DNA from: a virus
Lineage: Duplodnaviria; Caudoviricetes
Reading direction: 5' to 3' (one strand)
Length of the DNA: 30,156 nucleotides
Virus record (IMG/VR): IMGVR_UViG_3300008255_000353
Coordinates: 1 to 30,156 of that record
The notes beneath the pieces are model-generated. The model was not told the DNA's origin. It made no database searches and saw only the letters and a list, made by a program, of their open reading frames with translations. Numbering within the stretch: position 1 is the first letter of the stretch; every line of letters starts with the position of its first letter. Shown one piece after another: positions 8,071 to 17,395 of the stretch. The translations under genes and the position numbers were made by a program.

Positions 8071-8991
8071 ATGGCTTCCGTCACCCTTTCTGAGTCCGCA
8101 AAACTTGCTCAGGATGAGCTGGTCGCGGGCGTCATCGAAAACATCATCACTGTCAACCCCTTCTTCGACATCCTGCCGTTTGACGGCATTGACGGCAACG
8201 CCCTCGCCTACAACCGTGAGAACGTCCTTGGTGACGTCCAGGTGCTTGGCGTCGGTGGGACCATCACTGCCAAGGCAGCCGCGACTTTCACCCAGGTCAC
8301 CTCCACGCTCACCACGATCATCGGTGATGCCGAGGTCAACGGCCTCATCCAGGCCACCCGCTCCGGCGACGGCAACGACCAGCAGGCTGTCCAGATTGCG
8401 TCCAAGGCAAAGTCCGTGGGCCGCAAGTACCAGGACATGCTGGTCAACGGCACGGGCAGCTCCAACGAGTTCGACGGCATGCTGAACCTCGTGGTTTCCG
8501 GCCAGAAGGCCGCAACCGGCAACAATGGCAAGGCGCTGGACTTTGAGGTGCTGGATGAGCTCCTGGACCTCGTGACCGACAAGGACGGTGAAGTTGACTA
8601 CTTCATGATGCACGCCCGGACGCTGCGGAGCTACATGGCCCTGCTGCGTGGACTTGGCGGTGCAGGCATCAACGAGGTGGTCCAGCTGCCCTCGGGCCGT
8701 GAGGTCCCGGGCTATCGTGGTGTGCCCATCTTCAAGAATGACTGGCTGCCGATCAACCAGACCAAGGGGACGGGCTCTGCCCAGACCACGATCATGGCTG
8801 GCACGCTGGATGATGGTTCGCGCATGCACGGCATCGCTGGCCTGACTGCCGAGGCTGCCGCAGGCATCCAGGTGGTCCCGGTTGGCGAGAGCGAGACCAA
8901 GGATGAGAGCATCACGCGCATCAAGTGGTACTCCGGCCTGGCCCTGTTCAGCGAGAAGGGCCTTGCGGCTGCGGACGGCATCACCAACTAA
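8071..8991 (+). CDS. Major capsid protein (YuA/M6-like)
   Basis: MASVTLSESAKLAQDELVAGVIENIITVN...GLALFSEKGLAAADGITN closely matches my recollection of YuA-type capsid proteins. GGAGGA RBS before ATG 8071. Confidence 0.95.
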   Translation: MASVTLSESAKLAQDELVAGVIENIITVNPFFDILPFDGIDGNALAYNRENVLGDVQVLGVGGTITAKAAATFTQVTSTLTTIIGDAEVNGLIQATRSGDGNDQQAVQIASKAKSVGRKYQDMLVNGTGSSNEFDGMLNLVVSGQKAATGNNGKALDFEVLDELLDLVTDKDGEVDYFMMHARTLRSYMALLRGLGGAGINEVVQLPSGREVPGYRGVPIFKNDWLPINQTKGTGSAQTTIMAGTLDDGSRMHGIAGLTAEAAAGIQVVPVGESETKDESITRIKWYSGLALFSEKGLAAADGITN

Positions 8992-9018
8992 GGCGAGCCC
9001 CGCTGACTGAAACAATGG

Positions 9019-9051
9019 GTGCCCGCTCCTCCCCCGAGGGCGGGCACTTTT
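9019..9051 (+). terminator. Rho-independent terminator after the capsid gene
   Basis: GTGCCCGC...GCGGGCAC stem followed by TTTT. Confidence 0.75.
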
Positions 9052-9068
9052 GGTAAAGGAGAGACACC

Positions 9069-9341
9069 ATGGCCGTAGTGGCACACCTCGTTGAGCGGAC
9101 AATCGCCGCTGGAGACAACGGGACAAGGGACGGGATTGTGATGGTGATTGTAGCCATTGACGATGCCGTGGACACGACCGGCGCGGCCATCCAGGCCCGG
9201 GCCGTCACAGTCCTCAACGCGCTGGGCCACGACCTCCCGGCGGGATATTTTGACGCCAACCGCTCTGTGGCTGGGACCTTTGACGCAGCAGGTGACCTTG
9301 TCGCCTTCTCTGGTCCCAAGCTCCACGATGTGGTTGCATAA
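9069..9341 (+). CDS. Hypothetical, probably virion-associated protein (90 aa)
   Basis: Strong RBS AAGGAGAG. Ala/Val/Asp-rich ORF after the capsid gene. Confidence 0.75.
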   Translation: MAVVAHLVERTIAAGDNGTRDGIVMVIVAIDDAVDTTGAAIQARAVTVLNALGHDLPAGYFDANRSVAGTFDAAGDLVAFSGPKLHDVVA

Positions 9342-9358
9342 CCAAGGGAGAAGGCAGC

Positions 9359-9952
9359 ATGTCGATCACTACCAGGAAGCTCACGTTGGTGGGTGCCTAC
9401 CGTGGCCAGACGGTCACGTTCAGGGCAGGCACCAAGGAGTATGAGTTCAAGGAGGGCTCCATGGAGATCAGTGGCCCGTCCACTGACGTGGAAAACCTCT
9501 CCAAGTTCCTCAACCGCTGCTACCAGGCCTTTCCAGACCCCTCCCGGGAGCTGGACGCTGCTGTGGCGGCAATCCATGGAGATGGCGATGCTGCTCAGAC
9601 TGACTCCACAGCCAGCGAAACGGGGGATGGCGACCCGGGCGGGGCCAAAGACAATGCGGGCGGAGCTGGTGACCCGGCACCCGAGCCCGACGCCTCCGCT
9701 GAAGGCCGCAGCGATGCTGAAGCCGTCCCCGGGGAAGCGGAACCAGGACGCGATGGTGAGGGGAACGGACATCACCCGATCAACCAGGCTCTGAGCCGTC
9801 TGGACCCCGAGGATGACGACGCCTGGACCGCAGACGGCAAGCCCAAGATGTCCGCGATTGAGGCGGCCATGGGCCGGTCTGACGTGACCCGTGCCCAGGT
9901 GGACGCCGCAGCCCCGGGCTTTGACCGGGACGCTGCCCGCGCTGCCAAGTGA
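9359..9952 (+). CDS. Putative virion structural protein with acidic disordered linker
   Basis: Two compact domains joined by a D/G/A/E-rich linker. C-terminal LDPEDDDAWTADGKPKMSAIE...VTRAQVDAAAPGFDR helical module. Confidence 0.8.
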   Translation: MSITTRKLTLVGAYRGQTVTFRAGTKEYEFKEGSMEISGPSTDVENLSKFLNRCYQAFPDPSRELDAAVAAIHGDGDAAQTDSTASETGDGDPGGAKDNAGGAGDPAPEPDASAEGRSDAEAVPGEAEPGRDGEGNGHHPINQALSRLDPEDDDAWTADGKPKMSAIEAAMGRSDVTRAQVDAAAPGFDRDAARAAK

Positions 9953-9979
9953 CGACAACCCAGTGAGAGGAGAACGACA

Positions 9980-10135
9980 ATGAAGAGTGGAAAGATGATG
10001 GGGGCCAAGCGTGGAGCCCCAGGCGCGAACAAGCACATCGGCGCGGTGAAGCCCACCGTCCATGCCGGCAATTCGCAGACCCCCCGCCCCGCGACCGGCA
10101 CCAAGAAGCCCCCTGCCCAGACCCGGCAGGCCTGA
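9980..10135 (+). CDS. Small basic protein (51 aa)
   Basis: RBS GAGGAG then ATG 9980: MKSGKMMGAKRGAPGANKHIGAVKPTVHAGNSQTPRPATGTKKPPAQTRQA*. Below the ORF-track cutoff. Confidence 0.7.
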   Translation: MKSGKMMGAKRGAPGANKHIGAVKPTVHAGNSQTPRPATGTKKPPAQTRQA

Positions 10136-10136
10136 G

Positions 10137-10187
10137 ATGGGCTACGGCAAGAAGAAGCCCAAGGGCAAGGGCGGCAAGGGGAAGTAA
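10137..10187 (+). CDS. Lys/Gly-rich micropeptide (16 aa)
   Basis: ATG 1 nt after the previous stop: MGYGKKKPKGKGGKGK*. All seven Lys codons are AAG. Fills the gap up to the next gene. Confidence 0.5.
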   Translation: MGYGKKKPKGKGGKGK

Positions 10188-10193
10188 CACAAC

Positions 10194-10715
10194 ATGGCCT
10201 TTCTGGTCCAGGACGACAACGGCACGGTCAGCGGGGCAAATGCCTACGCTGACCTGACCTATGTGCGTGAGTACCACGCAGACCGGGGGCTGGACCTGTC
10301 CGCCCCGGGAACGTCTGATGCTGCCCTCCAGGTGGCCATCGTCAAGGCCACGGACTACCTTGACAAGCGCTGGGTGTTCCCCGGGGAGCGCCTCAACCGG
10401 GACCAGGACACCGAGCACCCCCGCCGGGACCTCTATGACCGCAGCGGATACCTCGTGACAGGCATCCACCGTGCGGTCAAGCAGGCGGTGGCAGAGCTGG
10501 CGCAGAGGGCACTGACCCAGTCCCTCCTGTCCGACCCTACACGGGATGACTCAGGGCGCACCGTCCTGAGCAGGCGGGAGGAGGTAGGGCCACTGAAGGA
10601 TGCGGTGGAGTATGCCGGGGGCGGCAGCTACACCTTCCCCGAGTACCCCGCAGTGGACCGGCTCCTCATCTCCGCCGGGCTCATCCGCTCCGGCCTCACG
10701 GCAGTGAGGTCCTGA
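10194..10715 (+). CDS. Head-tail adaptor protein (DnaT-like family)
   Basis: MAFLVQDDNG...GANAYADL...AIVKATDYLD...F.GER...Q...PR pattern and C-terminal EEVGPL..EY. Position in the neck module. Confidence 0.85.
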   Translation: MAFLVQDDNGTVSGANAYADLTYVREYHADRGLDLSAPGTSDAALQVAIVKATDYLDKRWVFPGERLNRDQDTEHPRRDLYDRSGYLVTGIHRAVKQAVAELAQRALTQSLLSDPTRDDSGRTVLSRREEVGPLKDAVEYAGGGSYTFPEYPAVDRLLISAGLIRSGLTAVRS

Positions 10716-11116
10716 TGGCACAGTACGACAAGTCAATTGCTCTGGCCACCCGCCTGATCACCAAGTTCGGGGCACCAGCCATCCTCCGGCGCTTCACAGA
10801 CGCCTCGCTGGCGGACCCGGACAAGCCCTGGCGGCGTGGCAAGCCCTCCACCAGTGACATTCCTGTCCAGGCGGTGTTCCTCAACTTCGGGGACATGGGC
10901 CGAGCCGGTGAACAATACATGTCAGGCACCGACATCCAGACCGGCGACAAGCTGGTGTTCATCCCGGGCGAGGGCCTCAGCGAGGCCCCCCGGCTGCGTG
11001 ACCGCCTGTACCGCGATGGTGCGGACCCGGATGACGAGGGTTGGGCAATTGTCCAGGTACAGACCCTTGACCCCAACGGACAGCAGGTGCTCCACCAGCT
11101 GCAGGTGCGGCACTGA
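10715..11116 (+). CDS. Head closure / head-tail joining protein
   Basis: A.RLITKFG...GTDIQTGD...W.IV.V..LDPNG...L..LQVR pattern. Synteny. Confidence 0.8.
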   Translation: MAQYDKSIALATRLITKFGAPAILRRFTDASLADPDKPWRRGKPSTSDIPVQAVFLNFGDMGRAGEQYMSGTDIQTGDKLVFIPGEGLSEAPRLRDRLYRDGADPDDEGWAIVQVQTLDPNGQQVLHQLQVRH

Positions 11117-11580
11117 TGGCAACCACAACCCCCAACGCACGCGATGAGATGCTCACGCTGTTCCGGGACGCCTGGGTGGCCAACGCCCCGGCAGCAGCCG
11201 GGAGCGCTGCCCCGCCCCGCGTGATCTGGGACGCCACAGAGGAGAACCCGGACGATGGCCCCCGCTCTGACGAGCCCTGGGCACGCGTCAACATCTCTCA
11301 CAACCCCCCAGCCGGGGGCCAGCGGACGTTCGGCGGCACAGGCAACCGGCGCTTCGCCCGGGCCGGTGTCCTCACCGTCCAGGTGTTCACACCGATGAGC
11401 GTTGAACAGTCAGTAACAATGGCGGAGGCCCTTGCGGTCATCGCCCGGGACGCCTTTGAGGGCGTCAGCTCCCCCTCGGGCGTCTGGTTCCGGCAGGTGG
11501 GCATTCAGGAGGTTGGACCGGATGACCCGTGGTTCCAGCTTAACGTCACAGCAGAGTTCAGCTATGATGAGCTCAAATAA
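11116..11580 (+). CDS. Tail terminator protein
   Basis: 154 aa, PWARV...GVLTVQVFTP...WFQLNVTAEFSYDE. Lies directly before the tail tube gene. Confidence 0.8.
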   Translation: MATTTPNARDEMLTLFRDAWVANAPAAAGSAAPPRVIWDATEENPDDGPRSDEPWARVNISHNPPAGGQRTFGGTGNRRFARAGVLTVQVFTPMSVEQSVTMAEALAVIARDAFEGVSSPSGVWFRQVGIQEVGPDDPWFQLNVTAEFSYDELK

Positions 11581-11591
11581 GGAGGCACGAG

Positions 11592-13067
11592 ATGGCCAAC
11601 AAGATTGACAGCAACATCACGGGCCTCCGCTATGCGGAGGAGGTCCAGGGCTCCCTGGGTGTCCTCCCGGGCACCCCCGTCTGGCACCCGCTGGAGCCAA
11701 ACAGCTACGGTGAGTTTGGGCCGCAGATCAGCACGACTGCCCGCGCACCCATAACCCCGTCCCGCCAGCGCAAGAAGGGCGTGGTCACGGACCTGGACGC
11801 AACAGCCGGGTTCCAGAATGACTTTGTACAGCAGAGCCTGTATGACATGATGCAGGGCTTCATGTACGCTGACTGGCGTGAGAAGCCCAGCGCAGAGCCG
11901 ACCGCAGTGACCGGGACGGCCTACACCGTGGCCTCCGGCGGGGGCACTCCCTTCGCCTCGGGCGACCTTGTCTGGGCTGAGGGCTTCAGCACCCCCGCCA
12001 ACAACGGCCTGAAGGTCGCAACCGGCTCCACCTCCACCACGGTGGTTGTCTCCGGCCTGACTGCCGAGGCGTCCCCGCCTGCCGGTGCCAAGATCACCAA
12101 GGTGGGCGTCCAGGCAGCCTCCGGCGATGTGGGGGTCAGCGTCACCTCTGGCGTTGCCTCCCTCACCTCCACCACCCTGGACTTCACTGACCTCGGGATC
12201 ATCCCTGGTGAGTGGCTGTTCATCGGTGGTGACGCAACGGCCACCCAGTTTGCGGAGGCGGTCAACAACGGCTTCGCCCGCGTCCTGTCCGTGGCGGCCA
12301 CCTCCCTCGTGCTGGACCGGCAGCCGGGCACCATGGTGACTGACGCCGGGGCAACCAAGACCATCCAGCTGTTCATCGGCCACGCCATCAAGAACGAGAG
12401 TGACCCGGCCCTGATCAAGCAGCGTTCCTACCAGATGGAGCGCAGCCTGGGCAGCGCCGGGTATGAGTACATCAAGGGCTGCGTGGCCAACACAATGGAG
12501 ATCAAGGTCAACACGGCGGACAAGGTCATGGTGGACCTCGGGTTCATCGGCATTGACGCTGAGTACCGCACAGTGCTGGAGGGGGCCAAGACCGGCACCC
12601 GCCCGGACGTGCCCGACCAGGAGGCGTTCAACAGCTCCAGTGACTTCTCCCGCCTGCGCATGCTCAACGAGGACACGGCAGCCACGCTGTTCACCTACCT
12701 CACTGAGCTGACGGTCACGATCAACAACAACGTGACGCCCTCCAAGGCCATCGGGACCCTCGGGGCGTTTGACGTCACCGCCGGGGACTTTGTGGCCGCA
12801 GGGTCTGTGACTGCCTACTTCACCAGCGTGGAGGCGATCCAGGCAGTGCGCGACAACAACGACATCAGCCTGGACTTCGCCATGGTGAAGGAGAATGCCG
12901 GTTGGGTGTTCGACATCCCGTTCATCTCCATCGGGGACGGACGGCCCCAGGTGGAGAAGGACACTGAGATCAAGCTGCCAATCACCATGGAGGGCGCTGA
13001 GCACCCGACGCTCCACCACTCCATGCTGGCGGTCAGCTTCACATACCTCCCCACGGCAGCGGAGTAA
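11592..13067 (+). CDS. Major tail tube protein
   Basis: RBS AAGGAGG. Starts MANKIDSNITGLRYAEE. Thr/Ser/Gly-rich inserted domain. Followed by the chaperones and tape measure. Confidence 0.9.
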   Translation: MANKIDSNITGLRYAEEVQGSLGVLPGTPVWHPLEPNSYGEFGPQISTTARAPITPSRQRKKGVVTDLDATAGFQNDFVQQSLYDMMQGFMYADWREKPSAEPTAVTGTAYTVASGGGTPFASGDLVWAEGFSTPANNGLKVATGSTSTTVVVSGLTAEASPPAGAKITKVGVQAASGDVGVSVTSGVASLTSTTLDFTDLGIIPGEWLFIGGDATATQFAEAVNNGFARVLSVAATSLVLDRQPGTMVTDAGATKTIQLFIGHAIKNESDPALIKQRSYQMERSLGSAGYEYIKGCVANTMEIKVNTADKVMVDLGFIGIDAEYRTVLEGAKTGTRPDVPDQEAFNSSSDFSRLRMLNEDTAATLFTYLTELTVTINNNVTPSKAIGTLGAFDVTAGDFVAAGSVTAYFTSVEAIQAVRDNNDISLDFAMVKENAGWVFDIPFISIGDGRPQVEKDTEIKLPITMEGAEHPTLHHSMLAVSFTYLPTAAE

Positions 13068-13080
13068 CAAGGAGAACGAC

Positions 13081-13536
13081 ATGGCAGCAACTGAAACCAA
13101 ACCGGACATCAAGTCCATGAAGGGCCCAGAGGCCCTCTTCAAGACCAGCTCCAAGCTGGAGCAGGAGGGCATCTGGCTCGACTACGGTGACTTCAGGATC
13201 AAGATCACCCGGGCCGGTGCGACCAACAAGCGCTTCAAGAAGCTCATGGAGGAGCGGATGAGGCCGCACCGCCGGGCGATGGCCAACGACACGATGTCCA
13301 ACGACCTCGCTGAGCGCATCACGCGTGAGGTCTGGGCGGAGTGTATCGTGTTGGGCTGGGACAGCCCCCTGGGCTCCAACGTCATGCCCTACAAGGGTGC
13401 GGCCTTCCAGTTCAGCGCGGACAACTGCAAGGCGCTGTTCACCGACCTCCCGGACCTCTACATTGACGTGCGGGACCAGTCGATGAAGCTGGGCCTGTTC
13501 CTGGATGGCGATGAGGAGCTGGACACGGGAAACTGA
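13081..13536 (+). CDS. Tail assembly chaperone (lambda G-like)
   Basis: RBS AAGGAG, ATG 13081. Ends ...DTGN* over a slippery G GGA AAC site. Confidence 0.88.
   Translation: MAATETKPDIKSMKGPEALFKTSSKLEQEGIWLDYGDFRIKITRAGATNKRFKKLMEERMRPHRRAMANDTMSNDLAERITREVWAECIVLGWDSPLGSNVMPYKGAAFQFSADNCKALFTDLPDLYIDVRDQSMKLGLFLDGDEELDTGN
13527..13533 (+). other. Programmed -1 ribosomal frameshift site GGGAAAC
   Basis: X XXY YYZ heptamer in the correct phase, just before the stop. The -1 frame stays open to 13910. Confidence 0.85.
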
Positions 13537-13910
13537 GGGGGGTTCTGCGGTATGAGCTTGAGCACGGGCGCAGTGAGAGGCGGGTTCTGGAGGCATCCTA
13601 CAGGCGTGGGCAGCCTCCCCCGGATTTTGTAGCAAATGCGCCCGAGCTGCTCCCGGGGCTGGACCTCTACATTGAGGCGTTCCGGGAGCTGAGCACCACG
13701 CGCCCCCACATTGGGATGAATGGCGCACCGGGACCGATACCGTGGAACCGGATCAACGAATGGGGGAGGGAGTACGGGTTTGAGGGCGAAGCCAGGGACT
13801 ACCTGGTGACAATGGTCAGGGCTCTTGATGATGAGTACCTGGAATGGATGGGGAAAGACAGTGGCAAGCCCGGAACAGTTCAACCGGCGGATGGGAAGGC
13901 TGGGCATTGA
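13533..13910 (+). CDS. Tail assembly chaperone frameshift extension (lambda T-like)
   Basis: -1 frame reads LRGVLRYELEHG...APELLPGLDLYIEAFRELSTTR...GPIPW...VRALDDEYLEW. No RBS-supported start at its 5' end. Confidence 0.85.
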   Translation: MRGVLRYELEHGRSERRVLEASYRRGQPPPDFVANAPELLPGLDLYIEAFRELSTTRPHIGMNGAPGPIPWNRINEWGREYGFEGEARDYLVTMVRALDDEYLEWMGKDSGKPGTVQPADGKAGH

Positions 13911-14295
13911 GATAGCCCAGGCTGCTGACCGCACAGTCAGGGCGGCAGCACTTGCCGCTGACCAGGCTGTGGTCATGGCCACCCCGGTTGACAAGGGGCG
14001 TGCCCGCTCAAACTGGATTGTCCAGATGGACGCCCCGGCCCGTGAGACCATTGAAGCCTACGCCCCCGGCTCCAGCGGCAGCACCGCCGGGGCCAACTCT
14101 GCCTCCGCCCTCGCCCAGGGGCAGGCGGTCATCGCAGGCTATGACGGGGACCGCAACAGTGGCATTGCCATCTCCAACAACCTCCCCTACATCAACGCGC
14201 TGAACAGCGGCTCCTCCCGCCAGGCCCCCGCCGGGTTTGTACAAAAGGCCGTCCAGGCTGCGGTGGCCCAGGTCCGGGGGGCTCGCTTCCTGTGA
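13861..14295 (+). CDS. Tail completion/neck protein (HK97 gp10-like)
   Basis: Motifs TPVDKGRARSNW and ISNNLPYI..LN.GSS.QAPAGFV. GTG start at 13861. Confidence 0.85.
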   Translation: MASPEQFNRRMGRLGIEIAQAADRTVRAAALAADQAVVMATPVDKGRARSNWIVQMDAPARETIEAYAPGSSGSTAGANSASALAQGQAVIAGYDGDRNSGIAISNNLPYINALNSGSSRQAPAGFVQKAVQAAVAQVRGARFL

Positions 14296-16907
14296 CTACA
14301 GAACGCATTGACATCATCGTATCTGAGCGGGGCTCCCGGGTTGTCCGCCGCAACATCAACGACATCGGCGGGGGTGCCATGGGTGCAGCCCGGGGCGTCC
14401 GCTTCCTGATGACGGCGCTGGCTGGGCTCGGGGCTGCCTTTGGTGCCCGGGAGATACTCCGCCAGGCCGACACCTACACCCTCCTGACCAACCGCCTCAA
14501 GCTGGTCACCTCATCTGCGGAGAACCTCAGCCGCATCAATGAGGAGCTGTACCAGAGTGCTCAGAGGACGCGCACGAGCTATGAGGCCACGGTTGACCTG
14601 TACTCCCGGGTGGCCCGGAATGCGGATGCCCTCGGGCTGTCCCAGCAGGAGCTTCTGGACATCACTGAGACGGTCAACCAGGCCATCCGTGTCTCCGGGG
14701 GCACCGCCATGGAGGCGGAGGCCGGGGTGCGCCAGTTCGGCCAGGCCATTGGCTCCGGTGCCCTCCGGGGTGACGAGCTCATCAGCATCCTTGAGAACAT
14801 GCCCCGCCTTGCCCAAGCGATTGCTGAGGGCATGGGCGTCACAATCGGCCAGCTCCGGGACCTCGGGGCTGAGGGGGCACTGACCTCTGACAAGATCATG
14901 GACGCCCTCCAGCAGACGGCCCCGGAAATTGCTGCTGAGTTCGCCCAGCTCACCCCCACCGTGGGTGAGGCGTTCACGACTTTGAGCAATGCGGCCCTCC
15001 GCTTCATCGGCCAGCTCAACGAGACGCTGGGCGTCACGGACCTCCTCGCCCGGGGGCTCACGTTTGTAGGCCAAAACCTTGACACCATCGCCAAGCTGGC
15101 CTTTGTCGCTGGGGCTGCCCTGGCAGCCGCCTTCTCCGCACGGCTCATAGCGAGCATTGCGGGCACTGTCTTCCAGATGATCGCACTTGAGCGGGCTCTG
15201 GGGGCCACCTCTGTCACCTCTGCCGCCTTCGGAGCTGCCCTGAAGGTCGCGCAGGGGGGCATGTGGGCACTCAACGCTGCCATGATGGCCAACCCCATCG
15301 GCCTCGTGATCGCAGCCATCGCAGCCCTTGTGGCTGCGCTCTACATCTTCCGCGACGACATCAAGGTGACGGCGGACGGGGTGGTGTCCCTGGGGGACGT
15401 GTTCCGCTCTGTGTTCAGCTTCATAGTGGACTTCCTCCAGCCGGTCATCGACTGGTTCGGGGAGGCCTGGGAGACGGGCCTGGACAACGTGGGCGGGTAC
15501 GTTGGCGACCTCCTGGACGTGTTCACTGCTGTCCTCGGGTCCATCATTGACTTTGTGAAAACAGCCGTCAACACCTACATCGGCGTGTGGACGGGTGCCT
15601 TCAAGACAGTTGTGGGCGTCTGGAACCTCCTCCCCGAGGCGTTTGATGCGCTCGGGGCTGCTGCCATCAATGGCCTCATCGACATCGTTGACAGGGGCAT
15701 CTCCGGGATTGTCCGGGCCGTGGGTGACCTCCTGGACTTCATCGGCTCCGCAGCGGAACTGGTTGGACTGGACAACCCGTTCGCCGGGCTGGCTGACGAC
15801 TTCAGCACAGGCCTGGACCGCTTCAAGGTTGACGGGGCGGGTGAGGTGGGCGCTGTGTTCGGTGAGATGGGCTCCATTGCCTCGGGGGCCTTCAGCGAGG
15901 CCCTCAACACCGACTACATCGGAACCTTTGTCAACACCATCATGGGGCGTGCCCGGGAGATTGCCGAGGCCCGGGCGGCGAACACCGGCGCTGGGGCGCT
16001 GGATGCCGCCGGGCCTGCGACACCTGTCATCCCGGACGCGCCAGGCGGCTCCGGCAGTGGCTCCTCCAACCTCCCGGACGCCCTCCAGCGCCAGGTGGAC
16101 CTCCTGGAGGAGATTGACGGCCCCCTCAAGGAGTATGAGAAGAACCTCAAGGCCCTGGACGCCCTCATGGCCGCCGGGGCAATCACCACTGACGAGTACC
16201 GCACAGCCTTCCGGGACCTCCGCATTGAGTTCCTGGACACCCAGACCACACTTGAGTCGGGGATGGAGCGGGCATTCCTCAAGATTGCCCGGGACGCAGA
16301 GGACGCGGCCACCCAGATTGAGGACCTCATCACCAACGCCTTTGACGGCATGACCGACGCCCTGGTGGACTTTGTCAAGACCGGCAAGCTGGACTTCAGC
16401 AGCCTGATTGACGGCATGATTGCGGACCTCGTGCGCCTCATGCTCCAGCAGCAGGTCATGGGACCCCTGGCCAGCGCCCTCGGGGGCATCGACTGGGCTG
16501 GCATGTTCGGGTTCGCGACCGGGGGAACCGGCACCGTTGGACAGACCGGCCTGGGCTTCGCAACTGCCGGGGGCTTCACCGTCCCGGGCAACTCCGGGGC
16601 TGTGGACAGCACACCCGTCAACTTCATGGCCTCGCCCGGGGAGCGCGTGAGCGTGACCCGGCCCGGGGAGATTGACCGCCAGGGCGGCCAGAAAATTGAG
16701 CAGAATGTCCAGGTGAACGTGATGGGCGGTGAGGGTGAGGCTGAGGTGGAGGAGCGCAAAGGCGCGGACGGCTCCCGGATCGTTGACGTGTTCATCAACC
16801 GCTCCCGCTCCGCAACGGCATCTGACATCTCCCGGGGCGGCACCGATATCAACCGGGCGATTGAGCGGCGCTATGGCCTCAACCCCGCAGCGGGGAACAA
16901 GACATGA
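14292..16907 (+). CDS. Tape measure protein (871 aa)
   Basis: N-terminal tape-measure domain (ADTY..L.NRLKLV...QFGQAIGSGALRGDEL.SILENMP.LA). Ala/Gly-rich hydrophobic core. C-terminal lambda-like FVKTGKLDF and GFATGG. Confidence 0.96.
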   Translation: MTTERIDIIVSERGSRVVRRNINDIGGGAMGAARGVRFLMTALAGLGAAFGAREILRQADTYTLLTNRLKLVTSSAENLSRINEELYQSAQRTRTSYEATVDLYSRVARNADALGLSQQELLDITETVNQAIRVSGGTAMEAEAGVRQFGQAIGSGALRGDELISILENMPRLAQAIAEGMGVTIGQLRDLGAEGALTSDKIMDALQQTAPEIAAEFAQLTPTVGEAFTTLSNAALRFIGQLNETLGVTDLLARGLTFVGQNLDTIAKLAFVAGAALAAAFSARLIASIAGTVFQMIALERALGATSVTSAAFGAALKVAQGGMWALNAAMMANPIGLVIAAIAALVAALYIFRDDIKVTADGVVSLGDVFRSVFSFIVDFLQPVIDWFGEAWETGLDNVGGYVGDLLDVFTAVLGSIIDFVKTAVNTYIGVWTGAFKTVVGVWNLLPEAFDALGAAAINGLIDIVDRGISGIVRAVGDLLDFIGSAAELVGLDNPFAGLADDFSTGLDRFKVDGAGEVGAVFGEMGSIASGAFSEALNTDYIGTFVNTIMGRAREIAEARAANTGAGALDAAGPATPVIPDAPGGSGSGSSNLPDALQRQVDLLEEIDGPLKEYEKNLKALDALMAAGAITTDEYRTAFRDLRIEFLDTQTTLESGMERAFLKIARDAEDAATQIEDLITNAFDGMTDALVDFVKTGKLDFSSLIDGMIADLVRLMLQQQVMGPLASALGGIDWAGMFGFATGGTGTVGQTGLGFATAGGFTVPGNSGAVDSTPVNFMASPGERVSVTRPGEIDRQGGQKIEQNVQVNVMGGEGEAEVEERKGADGSRIVDVFINRSRSATASDISRGGTDINRAIERRYGLNPAAGNKT

Positions 16908-17395
16908 CGACGCCCACTTGGCCGACGCAAATCAACTATTTGGCTGAACGCGGGAGCTGGCAGCTTTCCCCGAGCGAGCCGGTGCTCAGATCAGAGTTTG
17001 ATTATGGGCCTGCGCGTTCCCGGAGGCGTTTCACTAGACAGGTTTCCAAGTTCAGCTTCACTGTCCAGATGAATGAAGAAGAACACGCCATGTTTGAGGG
17101 TTTCTTCTTGGATGACGTCCGGGCCGGGGCTGCCTGGTTCAACATGCCTGTGTACCTCGGGCGGGGCGGGTATGAGGTCCGGGCCGTCAGATTCACAGAG
17201 CCCTACCAGGTCCGTGATGCGGGCTTCCGCCGGGTCAAAGTTTCGGCTAAGCTGGAGGTCAATATGACTCCCCTGATCAGCGGAGCCGGAACCTATTTTG
17301 TTGGACAGTATGGTGAGGAAGCGATTGACGGCATCAACGACCCATTGAATGTAATCGTCAACACCACTTACCCTAATATCATGGAGGGCTACTGA
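16904..17395 (+). CDS. Distal tail (Dit)-like protein
   Basis: Directly after the tape measure. WP...RSEFDYGPARSRRRFT...F..FF....GA.WFNMP pattern. Confidence 0.75.
   Translation: MTTPTWPTQINYLAERGSWQLSPSEPVLRSEFDYGPARSRRRFTRQVSKFSFTVQMNEEEHAMFEGFFLDDVRAGAAWFNMPVYLGRGGYEVRAVRFTEPYQVRDAGFRRVKVSAKLEVNMTPLISGAGTYFVGQYGEEAIDGINDPLNVIVNTTYPNIMEGY

Noticed and set aside
2378-13172. Long minus-strand ORFs (2378-3694, 5364-6995, 7972-9126, 11562-13172 and others)
   Set aside because: Antisense shadows of GC-rich, strongly codon-biased + strand genes, with no recognisable motifs.
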